Origin: Candidatus Poribacteria bacterium
Lineage (GTDB): Bacteria; Poribacteria; WGA-4E; JAJDTR01
Reading direction: 5' to 3'
Length of the DNA: 64,000 nucleotides
Assembly (NCBI GenBank): GCA_965222225.1
Contig: CBDCTK010000002.1
Coordinates: forward strand, 5,216,001-5,280,000
The notes below the pieces were generated by a model. That model searched no databases and was not told where the DNA came from. It saw only the letters and a list, made by a program, of their open reading frames with translations. The translations under genes were made by a program, and so were the position numbers. Of this stretch, positions 18,252 to 27,400 are shown one piece after another. Each line of letters opens with the position of its first letter. Position 1 is the stretch's first letter.

Positions 18252-19826
18252 TTGAAACACTTAAAGTTAATTCTAGCCGCTCTAATCCTTGGTATTGGCC
18301 TAGCAACCTTCACTCACACCGCTTTGGCGCAAAAGGGCATCAAGCTGATTGCAGACGAGGACAACGACATCGGATCTCAACTGTCCGCCGCTATAAGCGA
18401 AAACTCTGTGATTGTTGGATCAATTTCTGAAAACACTGTGACAGTGTTTGCATTCGATGGAAAAAACTGGGCAAAACAAGCGGAACTAATCCCTCGAGAC
18501 GAGGGCAGTGTCGGATGGTCGGTCGCCATCAGCGGCGACAGCCTGATCATCGGCGTTCCTCATGACGATGCTGGCGCCGAAACCTCAGGCTCAGCATTTA
18601 TTTTTGTTCGGAAGGGCCAAAACTGGGATCAGCGAGCGAAACTGGGCACCGACGACCCGACAAAAGCGGACAATTTCGGATATTCTGTAGCGATTGACAG
18701 GAATACCGCCATTGTTGGTGTCCCGAGGGACGATGACGCGGGCAAAGACTCCGGATCAGCCTACGTATTCTTCCGCGAGGGGGCAGCGTGGAGGAAGCAG
18801 GCGAAGCTAGTTGGCTCGGATCTGGCGGGTGGAGACGCCTTCGGCGAATCTGTCTTCTTCCATGGCAACACGGCTGTCGTCGGTGCGAATGGACATACAC
18901 ATAGTGGCGCGAGATTTGCCGGCGCAGCTTACGTTTTCGTGCGTAGTGGAGATCGGTGGACAGAAAAAGCCAAACTCGTAGCTGCCGATGCCGCGAAAGC
19001 CGACCGTTTCGGAAGTTCGGTTAGCATGAGCGGAAAGACCATTGTTGTCGGGGTGCCGTTTCATGACACTGAACGCGGAACCGATGCGGGAGCCGCCTAT
19101 GTCTTTGCGCTTGACGGAGCAGCTTGGAAATTTCAAGCCAAGCTCACGCCTAACAAATCAAAGAAAAACCTTAAGTTCGGATTTGGCGTTGCCACCACTG
19201 GAAGAATTGTCATTGTTGGGGCACCAGGGCACGACGATCCGGCGAGAGGTTCAGGCGCCGCCTATTCCTTCGTACGCACCGAAGGTGTTTGGGCAGAAAA
19301 AGCTACTGTCGTACCGGAGGACGGCGCCAAAGATTTACACTTCGGCTCCGCGATCTCCATGAGCGAGAACGCGGTTGCTGTCGCGTCCCATAGTGGGCCA
19401 TTTTTGAACCACGACGGAAAACCCAACGGCGATGGCCACGCCGCATATATCTATAGTAGTATCGAGGATTTTGGAACGCCGCCGTTTGCTGTTGATCCGT
19501 TTGGATTGAGAGTGACGACGCTAGCTCAAGTTAAGCGGACAGCGCTCCTTCAGAATTTTCCCAATCCGTTTAACCCGGAAACCTGGATTCCGTATCGCTT
19601 GGGTGCTGACTCCGACGTTACACTTAGCATTTACAATGTCCAAGGGCAACTCATGCGACAATTAAATCTAGGTGAACAAACCGCCGGTGAGTATTCTACG
19701 CGAGAACGCGCTGCCTATTGGGATGGACGCAATAGTCGGGGTGAACACGTGTCAAACGGAATCTATTTCTATCAATTGTCCACTCCAACCTTCGATCGGA
19801 CGAAACGGATGGTAATTGTAAAATAG
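18252..19826 (+). CDS. FG-GAP repeat protein with C-terminal sorting domain, copy 9
   Basis: Likely TTG start at 18252 after GAGGAG; signal peptide MKHLKLILAALILGIGLATFTHTALA. Confidence 0.9.
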   Translation: MKHLKLILAALILGIGLATFTHTALAQKGIKLIADEDNDIGSQLSAAISENSVIVGSISENTVTVFAFDGKNWAKQAELIPRDEGSVGWSVAISGDSLIIGVPHDDAGAETSGSAFIFVRKGQNWDQRAKLGTDDPTKADNFGYSVAIDRNTAIVGVPRDDDAGKDSGSAYVFFREGAAWRKQAKLVGSDLAGGDAFGESVFFHGNTAVVGANGHTHSGARFAGAAYVFVRSGDRWTEKAKLVAADAAKADRFGSSVSMSGKTIVVGVPFHDTERGTDAGAAYVFALDGAAWKFQAKLTPNKSKKNLKFGFGVATTGRIVIVGAPGHDDPARGSGAAYSFVRTEGVWAEKATVVPEDGAKDLHFGSAISMSENAVAVASHSGPFLNHDGKPNGDGHAAYIYSSIEDFGTPPFAVDPFGLRVTTLAQVKRTALLQNFPNPFNPETWIPYRLGADSDVTLSIYNVQGQLMRQLNLGEQTAGEYSTRERAAYWDGRNSRGEHVSNGIYFYQLSTPTFDRTKRMVIVK

Positions 19827-19833
19827 TAGCAAA

Positions 19834-19970
19834 GCGAAACCGATTGTTTTTCCTAAAAACTCGGTTTCTTCCCTTACCTACCTCAGATCGTAGGGAATGC
19901 AGATCTGCATTCCTCATAGGGTCTTTAATCCGCGAAATCCTGTAATCCGTTTAATCCGTGATTCAGACAA
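19834..19970. repeat. Cluster of short intergenic hairpin/repeat elements
   Basis: GAAACCGA..TTTTT..AAAACTCGGTTTC hairpin (also at 59130-59161), GTAGGGAATGCAGATCTGCATTCC REP-like element, and AATCCG-type repeat ending ATTCAGACA (also at 56099-56261). Confidence 0.6.
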
Positions 19971-20101
19971 TTCCCAAAAAGCGTCCGCGTATGAGTTTTG
20001 ATTATTAAATCGAATCTGCAATCATTCAACCAATCGGATTTCAACAATTATAAATCTTAGGCTACTTCTAAAGATCTCTGCGACCGGATGACGTTATGGC
20101 A

Positions 20102-20788
20102 CTACCATCTGCGGGTAAAGCTCAGCCTTCCCGTTAAACCCGATTGCTCCTCCATTCTCTTGGTATCATACCCGGCAAGGATACCAAGCGTGTTATTTTT
20201 GCCGTATCCGATATTGATCCGTGCACCGAGAATCTGGCTGAAAACTGTTCTCTCATCTCCCAAACCCACTACGGCTTCAAACTGCGGGCCAACCGCGACA
20301 GTCCTGTTAAGGGAATAGGTGAGGTAATTGCGCGTGTAGACTTCGTTGTCCCGTTCCTCATCAAACACGGAATAGAGCGACCCAATCGTCCACGACTTGA
20401 GGAAGATTTTACCGGCGGGCAGAAACACAAACAGATGTGGAAAAATAGCGGAGGGACCATCCGGCGCTTTATAGTCAAACCCAAGACCAAGCATGGGCAG
20501 CAGCGTGAGGCTAAAACTTTCCCCTTTAACAGCCGGGATGGAAACACCGAGGTCAAACTCGCCGAGTGTATCGTCAATGTAAATATTGGACTCTAGCGAG
20601 ACACCGCCTATCGAATGCGTTGCCCCAATCAGGAAATGCGTACCCAAGCTATCGGTATCAACTCGGAACCAGCCGGGAATACGAGGTTTTTCAGAGTCAA
20701 CTTCACCCGCATGGCTGTCCTCAAGAATCGAAAAACTGGCGATCGTCACCATGCAAACAATCGTCAAAACAGGAATAAAGCGACACAC
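20102..20788 (-). CDS. Putative outer-membrane beta-barrel protein
   Basis: Signal peptide, alternating amphipathic strands, C-terminal aromatic residue (GRLSFTRRW). Confidence 0.65.
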   Translation of the reverse strand: MCRFIPVLTIVCMVTIASFSILEDSHAGEVDSEKPRIPGWFRVDTDSLGTHFLIGATHSIGGVSLESNIYIDDTLGEFDLGVSIPAVKGESFSLTLLPMLGLGFDYKAPDGPSAIFPHLFVFLPAGKIFLKSWTIGSLYSVFDEERDNEVYTRNYLTYSLNRTVAVGPQFEAVVGLGDERTVFSQILGARINIGYGKNNTLGILAGYDTKRMEEQSGLTGRLSFTRRW

Positions 20789-20832
20789 AATGCGTTGCCA
20801 TCCTTTCGTGTAATAGAATTCAACTGTACGTT

Positions 20833-20861
20833 AGCATAAGCAATTACTGTCTATTTGTCAA
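20833..20861 (-). promoter_or_regulatory. Putative sigma70 promoter
   Basis: Minus strand TTGACA-17 bp-TATGCT. Confidence 0.5.
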
Positions 20862-21141
20862 GATACTCAAGCCTTCTATTCAAGGGCAATCACACCCTAA
20901 TCTTGAGTGTGTTGTGCGGCGGCCACTGCCCACAGTCTCTAAGTCGCAATCTCAATCTTTTCACCTCTCTTCCAGGGCGAAGTAGAGGCCATCTCTACAA
21001 CCAAAATTAGATGCGATCGCCCTACATTCTGATACCAATAAATTGGACAAAGCAAGTCTATTCATGCTAGGATGTTATACCTAATCTTGGAATATCGCAC
21101 TTCTGAAAGGGGTGAATGGTCTTGCGGCACAATCGAATTCA

Positions 21142-21941
21142 GAGAGTGTTCACACAAAGATAGATAAGGCAATCTTCTGATACCGACGGAAGACCTCTGG
21201 GTCGCTCAAAGCAGTCCATAACTTCATGGCATTGTCCACCATCTCAAGTTTCTTGGATACTATTTTGGTGCGGCGTGTGAATCGTCCAAGATGATGGCGT
21301 GTATTGCTGTTATCACGTTTGACTGTTGCTGTCCCTGATTTCCCGATGTGATGACGCTCCGCAGGAAGTACCTTGGCAAACGCTTCCCAATTGTCAGTGT
21401 AATACTGGCAGTCACTTAAGTGTTTCACTTTGTCGAATAGCCGTCTGAAGGTATCAGCATCACGACCACCGATAACCCAGGCAACGGTTTTGCCTGTTTC
21501 ACGAGAAACTGCTTTGTGAATCCATCTTTTGTTTTTTTTGACCCGATAAAATGCCACATCTCATCAAATTCCAATTCACGGGTATTGATTGGAATCTCAG
21601 GCTCCGACAACAGGGCTGCTTCCTTTGCAAGCCATTTTTGAACAGTACTTGGCGATACATTAAACAAGTTGGCAATAGTGCCATAAGATGCTTTTGCAAG
21701 GGAGTAGAGAATTACTGCAAAAGCACGCTTGATGGTGGTTTGAGGGTTGGTTCTCTCGTCTCCCTCAACGAAATTATAACCGCACGTTTTACAACGGTAT
21801 CGCTGTTTGGAACGAACGAATCCGTTTTTCGTGACTTCCGAACTTTGACAGTTCTTACAGTTTGACATAATATCTCCTTCCTGACCTTTCTGGTTAGTTA
21901 GAGGAATTATATCATAAATCTATCTATATGGCAATACTCTC
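21142..21941 (-). mobile_element. IS1-family insertion sequence (800 bp)
   Basis: 8-bp direct repeat CGAATTCA at 21134-21141 and 21942-21949; ends GAGAGTGTT / AATACTCTC; InsA/InsB ORFs inside. Confidence 0.92.
21150..21868 (-). CDS. IS1-family transposase InsAB (programmed -1 frameshift)
   Basis: InsA zinc ribbon CKNC...KNG...QRYRCKTC plus HTH; InsB ELEFDEMWHF, YYTDNW, KRDNSNTRHHLGRFTRRT; slippery A8C at 21531-21539 on the minus strand. Confidence 0.88.
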
Positions 21942-22381
21942 CGAATTCACATCAATCTCACCGGCTGGATGATTGCGATGGGAATTTGTTGTTATCTGAT
22001 AACGTTAGGTCTTATCGAGATCGTGCATGAACACGAGGTTTCCGATTCGCACGATTGTTCTGCCTGCTTTTTCAGTGCGAACCACCTCGGAATTGCGCTC
22101 CAAGCTGTAGACCTCCCAAATCTAGACTCTTGTATCTCAATTCATCACCCTTTCGACCCGGCTTTTATATCCACGGCAGTTGTTGGCAATGTCCGTAGCC
22201 GCGCCCCACCAGCGTCCACTGCTTAATCCACCAGTTGTATCGGGATCTCAGTTTCTTTACCCAAGTTATTTCTGCCTATTTCCCGGTCGATTCTAGGTAA
22301 CCTTGATAACAGTCTAACTGTATCTACCTTCCCATCGGCATTCATGCCGGGAATACAATCTATTTATACTCGGAGGACAAC

Positions 22382-22921
22382 ATAATTAAGCAGTTTTTCA
22401 AACTATCTGTATTACTATTTGCTCTTTCCACGCTGCTTACTGCGTGTGGCGAGGACGATTCCGACCACGAAGAAGCGACTCACGTCGATGCCGACGGTTT
22501 TATCCTCTGGGTTGACGGCAATGAAATATATCGTCAATTTCAGGGAACAGAAACCGGCGGAATCACTATCAAGGTTGGAGATGAGCTAGATGTGATCGCC
22601 GTGTTCATAGACCGGCATAGCGAGGAGATATCCTTTGAGACCGAAGAAGGCGACGATGGCCACGGCGAGGAGGAAGATGATGACCATGACGAGGACGAGG
22701 CGTTTGGCTTAGCGCTATCCGAGTACGATCCATCAATCATTGAAATTCACCTTCCCGAAGGTGAGGAACACGGAGATGAAGGTGAGAACCATGAAGAAGG
22801 ATTCGCCTTTGAGGTGACAGGACTTCGCGTTGGGCAAACCGGAATTAAGCTCCAACTGTTGCACGGGGACCATCCCGACTTTACGGCAGCATTGCAGATT
22901 TCGGTGAATGTAAACCCGTAA
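22382..22921 (+). CDS. His/acid-rich metal-binding lipoprotein (start codon reads ATA)
   Basis: ORF 22592-22921 extends upstream in frame to ATA 22382, 5 nt after GGAGG: IIKQFFKLSVLLFALSTLLTAC (lipobox) GEDDSDHEE...; ends LLHGDHPDF. Confidence 0.7.
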   Translation: MIKQFFKLSVLLFALSTLLTACGEDDSDHEEATHVDADGFILWVDGNEIYRQFQGTETGGITIKVGDELDVIAVFIDRHSEEISFETEEGDDGHGEEEDDDHDEDEAFGLALSEYDPSIIEIHLPEGEEHGDEGENHEEGFAFEVTGLRVGQTGIKLQLLHGDHPDFTAALQISVNVNP

Positions 22922-22972
22922 AGGGCACAAACCTTAACGCACAAAACGCGAGACAACTGATTACGGGCTGTT

Positions 22973-23635
22973 ATGCCACTTCTGACAATCATTGACCTCC
23001 AAAAGGCTTACGTTTCGCCTGAAGGTTTCCAGACACCCATCATTGATATTCCCCATTTCGAGATGGAGGAAGGTACGCAGATTGCGCTCAGGGGAAGTAG
23101 CGGCGCTGGAAAAACGACGTTTCTCAATCTCATCGCCGGAATTCTGCAAGCCGATAGCGGACGCATCGTTGTTGCTGGCGAGGAGATAACTACCCTGTCG
23201 GAGTCCGGGCGTGACAGGTTGCGTGCCAGCCACATCGGCTACATCTTCCAAACCTTCAATCTACTCCCCGGTTACACCGCGTTAGAAAACGTCATGCTCG
23301 GCATGATGTTTGGAAAGGGGATTGATGCAACTTTTGCCCAACACCTGCTTGAGCGAGTGGGGCTTGGCAATCGGTTGGGATATCGACCATCGCAGTTATC
23401 CGTCGGGCAGCAGCAACGTGTTGCGGTTGCCCGCACCATCGCCAACCGACCCCAGTTGGTACTTGCCGACGAACCGACAGGAAATCTGGATTATCATCAC
23501 GCTAACGAAGCCATAGCGCTTATCCGCTAAATGTGCCATGAAAACAACGCCGCATTTCTCACCGTTAGCCACGATGCGGAAGTCTTGGGGCAGTTTGAGG
23601 AGGCAACAGATTTCGCACAAGTGAATCGTACATGA
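22973..23635 (+). pseudogene. ABC transporter ATP-binding protein (LolD/MacB-like) with premature stop
   Basis: GSSGAGKT, LSVGQQQR, LADEPTGNLD; TAA at 23528-23530 precedes the in-frame H-loop (FLTVSHD); natural stop at 23633-23635. Confidence 0.85.
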
Positions 23636-23664
23636 GAAGCAGGGAATGATTGGTGTTAGATTTA

Positions 23665-23905
23665 GAGCCTGTTTGAAAAGTACATTTGTAGGGTGCGATC
23701 AAAGGAATGAATAATGGCTGCGATAGAGCCCCCTGCGCACCCTACGGGATTGAGCAAGGAAGAAACCGATCAAGCGAGAGCGAATATATCAACCGAGTGA
23801 ACAGCGAGAACGATAAAAATCTCAGTGCGACAGAAATCCTTTTTCAGGATAAAACTCGGTTCGAGGGCAAATGGCTCAACCCGAAATGGATTTTCAACCA
23901 GGCTC
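23665..23905. mobile_element. Non-autonomous IS5-type MITE (241 bp)
   Basis: TIRs GAGCCTGTTTGAAAA / TTTTCAACCAGGCTC, TTA duplicated on both sides; ends match the IS5 at 3512; contains REP and hairpin-repeat units (23697, 23787). Confidence 0.85.
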
Positions 23906-23936
23906 TTAACGGAATTTCGCAGCAACGAAAATCATC

Positions 23937-24470
23937 ATGAAAATCCAAAACAGCATCGTGACATGGACAGCAATCCTGGCAATTACCTTCGTCCAATTCG
24001 GTTGTGAGAAAAAAGAATCACACCATGGCGAGCAGGAGGACGCGCACGAAAGCGACGTCCCTCATGAACATACGGCGCCGCACGGCGGCACACTGGTCGT
24101 ATTGGGCGAAGAGTTCGCGCACGTTGAATTGGTGCTGGAGAAAGCAACTGGAAAACTCACTGGCTACGTACTGGACGGCGAGGCGAAAAAACCGGTACGA
24201 CCCTCGCAGGGCGCGATTGAACTCAAGATAGATCGGTTGAATTCGGGGCACACAGTTGCATTGCAACTCATAGCCGTTGCGAATGTCCTGACAGGAGAAA
24301 CGCAAGGCGATACGTCTCACTTCGCAGGACAATCGGACGAACTTATAGGGGCAACGGAATTCCATGCGGAAATCGTGGCGATTGTGGTCAAAGGTCAGCC
24401 CTTCGTCGACGTTGACTTTGAATTTCCCGAAGGCAACGAGGGTGGGCGCGGCGAGCATCACGAACATTAG
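23937..24470 (+). CDS. His-rich metal-binding lipoprotein
   Basis: Lipobox-like VQFGC; HEHTAPHGG...HVELV motif; His-rich termini. Confidence 0.75.
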   Translation: MKIQNSIVTWTAILAITFVQFGCEKKESHHGEQEDAHESDVPHEHTAPHGGTLVVLGEEFAHVELVLEKATGKLTGYVLDGEAKKPVRPSQGAIELKIDRLNSGHTVALQLIAVANVLTGETQGDTSHFAGQSDELIGATEFHAEIVAIVVKGQPFVDVDFEFPEGNEGGRGEHHEH

Positions 24471-24486
24471 TTAGGAGACAAACGGG

Positions 24487-25265
24487 ATGAAACAACTCAA
24501 ATCTAAGAAACGACGTAGCTCTTGGCTGCACTTTGCAATTGCCGGCGCAGTTCTCGTCGGTCTGTCACTCGGCCTTTCTCAAATGGTACCGAAATCGCAT
24601 CCGATTTGCGCGCTTAGAAGTTTGAGCGGGCAGTCAAATTCAGACTCCAAGCCTTTCGAGGTGCAGGGCGCCCCCGTTCGCGGTTGCGGGGCAATTACTG
24701 ACAGCGCCACGTCGGCAGACAAGACGCGCTTCAGACCGGAAATCGGCACAAGTACGCAGCCGGCCTTGACGCCTGTCTCGCCGCTTCCAGAGGTTGGGTG
24801 CGAAAGGGGCCGCAAGCGCACAGGAGCGTATCAGTCGCTTACGTTCGACACCCTCGCTAGCTTTCGGATCAAAGAGCCGAACTGGGGAAGAATGGACGAT
24901 CCGGCATATATCGCCACACTGAATCTTGACGAGGGGATTCCACTGCAAATTAAAGTGTTGAACGGCGCGAAAATTGAGATTGAGGGGTTTATGTTCTCGC
25001 TTGAGGGTGAGGTTGACAATCTTCAACTTTTATGTTGCTTAAAGACCAAATGGCGTGCTGTTTCGGTACCATTCCGCTCCTAAATGAGTGGGTGTACGTC
25101 AAGGTGCCGAAAAACAAGACGATCAGCAGCTATCAAGATGAACTGGTGACGCTTTACGGTACGTTGCGCGTCGGGGCAAGGTTCGAGGACGACATGCTTA
25201 CCGGCATCTACCACCTTGAACTCGATCGCTTAGAGGCGGATGCACTCAAACTTGATAGATTCTAA
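24487..25265 (+). pseudogene. DUF3299-family protein, frameshifted
   Basis: N-terminal membrane anchor; LNGAKIEIEGFM in one frame and F.LL...CCFGTIP..NEWVYV...GTLRVG...IYHL in the next; shift at ~25025-25035. Confidence 0.75.
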
Positions 25266-25287
25266 CACCACCTTAGAGTTGTTGTTC

Positions 25288-25316
25288 TTGACAATTCGGA
25301 GACATTATCTTATAAT
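25288..25316 (+). promoter_or_regulatory. Perfect-consensus sigma70 promoter upstream of the leader-czcCBA operon
   Basis: TTGACA-17 bp-TATAAT. Confidence 0.75.
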
Positions 25317-25373
25317 AACCTGTAGGAGCGAGTTGTACTCGCGACGCTCTACGTTTTTTGCATTCACGACAGC

Positions 25374-25826
25374 ATGCTCAACAACATGGAATGTCGTCTG
25401 AAGATGAAAAAGAACATCCTCATTCCTTTAATTTGGCTACTCATCTATCCCGTCGTAATCCCGGCGCCGCTGTCCAACTATGTCCTGTGCATCGGCGCAG
25501 ATGGTCACGTCGAATTTGAAGTGGAAGCCAACGGACGATGTACCGACGCCCACTCAGAACACGTTGAGGTTCTGTTTACTCAACCCACTTCGCAAGCAGA
25601 TCACTGTGGCTCGTGCATCGACCTCCCGGTCTTTTTCTCCCTAGGCGAACAACCACATCTTGTTCCTTCCAAAAACATCTCAGCCAGCCAGCCAGTTTCT
25701 TCAGTCGCGGTAATGCCGCTTCAAACCCACGTTTCCACAATCGTAATCACCACACCCCCCTTAGGCTCTCCGCCAATAGATTATCCCCCCCTCATCTCCC
25801 TTCGTACCACTCCGCTCCTCATTTAA
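25374..25826 (+). CDS. Small Cys/His-rich exported protein upstream of the RND operon
   Basis: Hydrophobic N-terminus, VLCIGADGHVEFE, HCGSCIDLP, C-terminal LRTTPLLI; start may be 25404. Confidence 0.65.
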   Translation: MLNNMECRLKMKKNILIPLIWLLIYPVVIPAPLSNYVLCIGADGHVEFEVEANGRCTDAHSEHVEVLFTQPTSQADHCGSCIDLPVFFSLGEQPHLVPSKNISASQPVSSVAVMPLQTHVSTIVITTPPLGSPPIDYPPLISLRTTPLLI

Positions 25827-26039
25827 ACACCTTCCCCTAGGCTATTTACGTGCCGGTTTCATCGCGCCCCGCTTAATCACGAATTGAGCGTTCAGTGCTG
25901 TGGCTCTGTTTTGACCCGCACTGATCTCAGTTTAAGCGCCCTCAGTTACTCAGAAAACCACGCACGCTATTGTTTTGGGGAATGCGGACAGAAATCCTTA
26001 ATCCATTCGTCCATTGTACCTTGGAGGAGAACAGAGTGT

Positions 26040-27299
26040 ATGAAAACCCCATGCAACCGCATTATCATGATGGCGAGCATTTTCCTTTTAATGTTTGGCA
26101 CCGTGCAGATACCGCCCGCCATTTCACATACCGAAGCCAAAATCACATTGGAATCTGCGGTTCAGACAGCCTTGCGCGAAAACCCGGAGCTCGGTACGAT
26201 TCACAAGAAGATCGAGGTTGCCCGCGCCCGACTGAATGGCATCGCGTTACTCGGTAACCCCGAACTCGAAACCGAGTTCGTCGGAGGGCTAGATGGTCAG
26301 CAAATCATCGAATTATCCAAGTCTTTTCAGCTAGGCGGTCAACGGAGCCATCGGAGACAAATTGCCAAGATAAAACTTGACAAAGCGAATACTGAGCTTG
26401 ATGAAGCATCTAGGTTACTTACAAAGTCGGTAAAACTCGCCTTCCTTGATTTGGTGCTTATTCAAGAGAGACTTGAACTCGCTAAAGAAATCATTCGACA
26501 CAACGAACAGCTCTCCACTATCGCTCGGGTTCGATTTGAGACGGGCGATATTTCGAGAACGCATGTAAATCTGGCGAAAGTTCAGCTCCAGACAGCGATG
26601 CGCGAGGCAGCTACACTGGAAAGCGAATTGCAACTCGCGCAACTTGAAATCAACAATCTGATGGGTGCCATACTTGAAGCAAGCCCTATCGCTGTGCATG
26701 TATTGCCAGAAAACAAAGCGCTGAACAATCTTTGGCACCTTACGCTTGACGATTTAACGAAGCACGCGCTGGCGCATCGTGTAGACCTGAAGTCCCTTCG
26801 ATTAAACGCGCAAGTGACTGAAAACGAACTCCGATTGGCAAGGTCTGCGAACATCCCTGACCTAAGTGTCGCGGGTATTGCCGAACACAGCCCGGATGAG
26901 AAGGCGTTCGGTGTGAAGTTTTCAGTACCATTGCCGCTGTTTGACCGTAATCAATCAGAGATTGATGTCGCAAAAGCCGAGCATCAGGTCAACACAGTTG
27001 AAATTAGCAACAAGGAGCGGCAGATTGTCCGCGAGGTAACGGCGGCGTTCCTTTCCCTGACTGCCGCGCAAAAAAATCTTGAGTTTTATGAGGGTGATTT
27101 GTTGAAATTGCTCAATGAGAACCTCAAGCTAATGCGCACTGCGTACGAATTGGGAGAAGCAGAGCTCTTAGAGGTTATTCTCATGCAGAACGAATATATC
27201 AAAACACGGTTTGCCTATCTTGATGCACTCGCAGCGTCCCACAAGGCGCTCGCAAATCTTGATGCCGCCGTTGGCACATCCATCGAATCATTACCGTAA
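26040..27299 (+). CDS. czcC: TolC/CzcC-family outer membrane efflux protein
   Basis: ITLESAVQTALRENPEL, FSVPLPLFDRNQ, AYELGEAELLEVI; ATG 26040 follows GGAGGAG. Confidence 0.85.
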   Translation: MKTPCNRIIMMASIFLLMFGTVQIPPAISHTEAKITLESAVQTALRENPELGTIHKKIEVARARLNGIALLGNPELETEFVGGLDGQQIIELSKSFQLGGQRSHRRQIAKIKLDKANTELDEASRLLTKSVKLAFLDLVLIQERLELAKEIIRHNEQLSTIARVRFETGDISRTHVNLAKVQLQTAMREAATLESELQLAQLEINNLMGAILEASPIAVHVLPENKALNNLWHLTLDDLTKHALAHRVDLKSLRLNAQVTENELRLARSANIPDLSVAGIAEHSPDEKAFGVKFSVPLPLFDRNQSEIDVAKAEHQVNTVEISNKERQIVREVTAAFLSLTAAQKNLEFYEGDLLKLLNENLKLMRTAYELGEAELLEVILMQNEYIKTRFAYLDALAASHKALANLDAAVGTSIESLP

Positions 27300-27400
27300 C
27301 CAAGAAGCTTACAAAGTTTAATGCACACCGCCGACCGCGGTTAATCCTGTGAGTTCTTAATGAAAAATTGTCTGTCCAAACGATATAAGGAGAAATAAAA

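Larger units (their letters stand above)
21116..22226 (+). pseudogene. DUF2946/CruR-like CxxC + RAPP leader protein, interrupted by IS1
   Basis: Removing the IS and one target duplication restores MVLRHNRIHINLTGWMIAMGICCYLITLGLIEIVHEHE...HDCSAC...VRSRAPPASTA in frame from ATG 21116 (AAAGGGG RBS). Confidence 0.8.

Noticed and set aside
2457-19826. Diversity-generating retroelement acting on the FG-GAP array or on the short repeat
   Set aside because: No reverse transcriptase and no TR/VR pair differing only at adenines were seen; repeat variation is explained by base-pair covariation.
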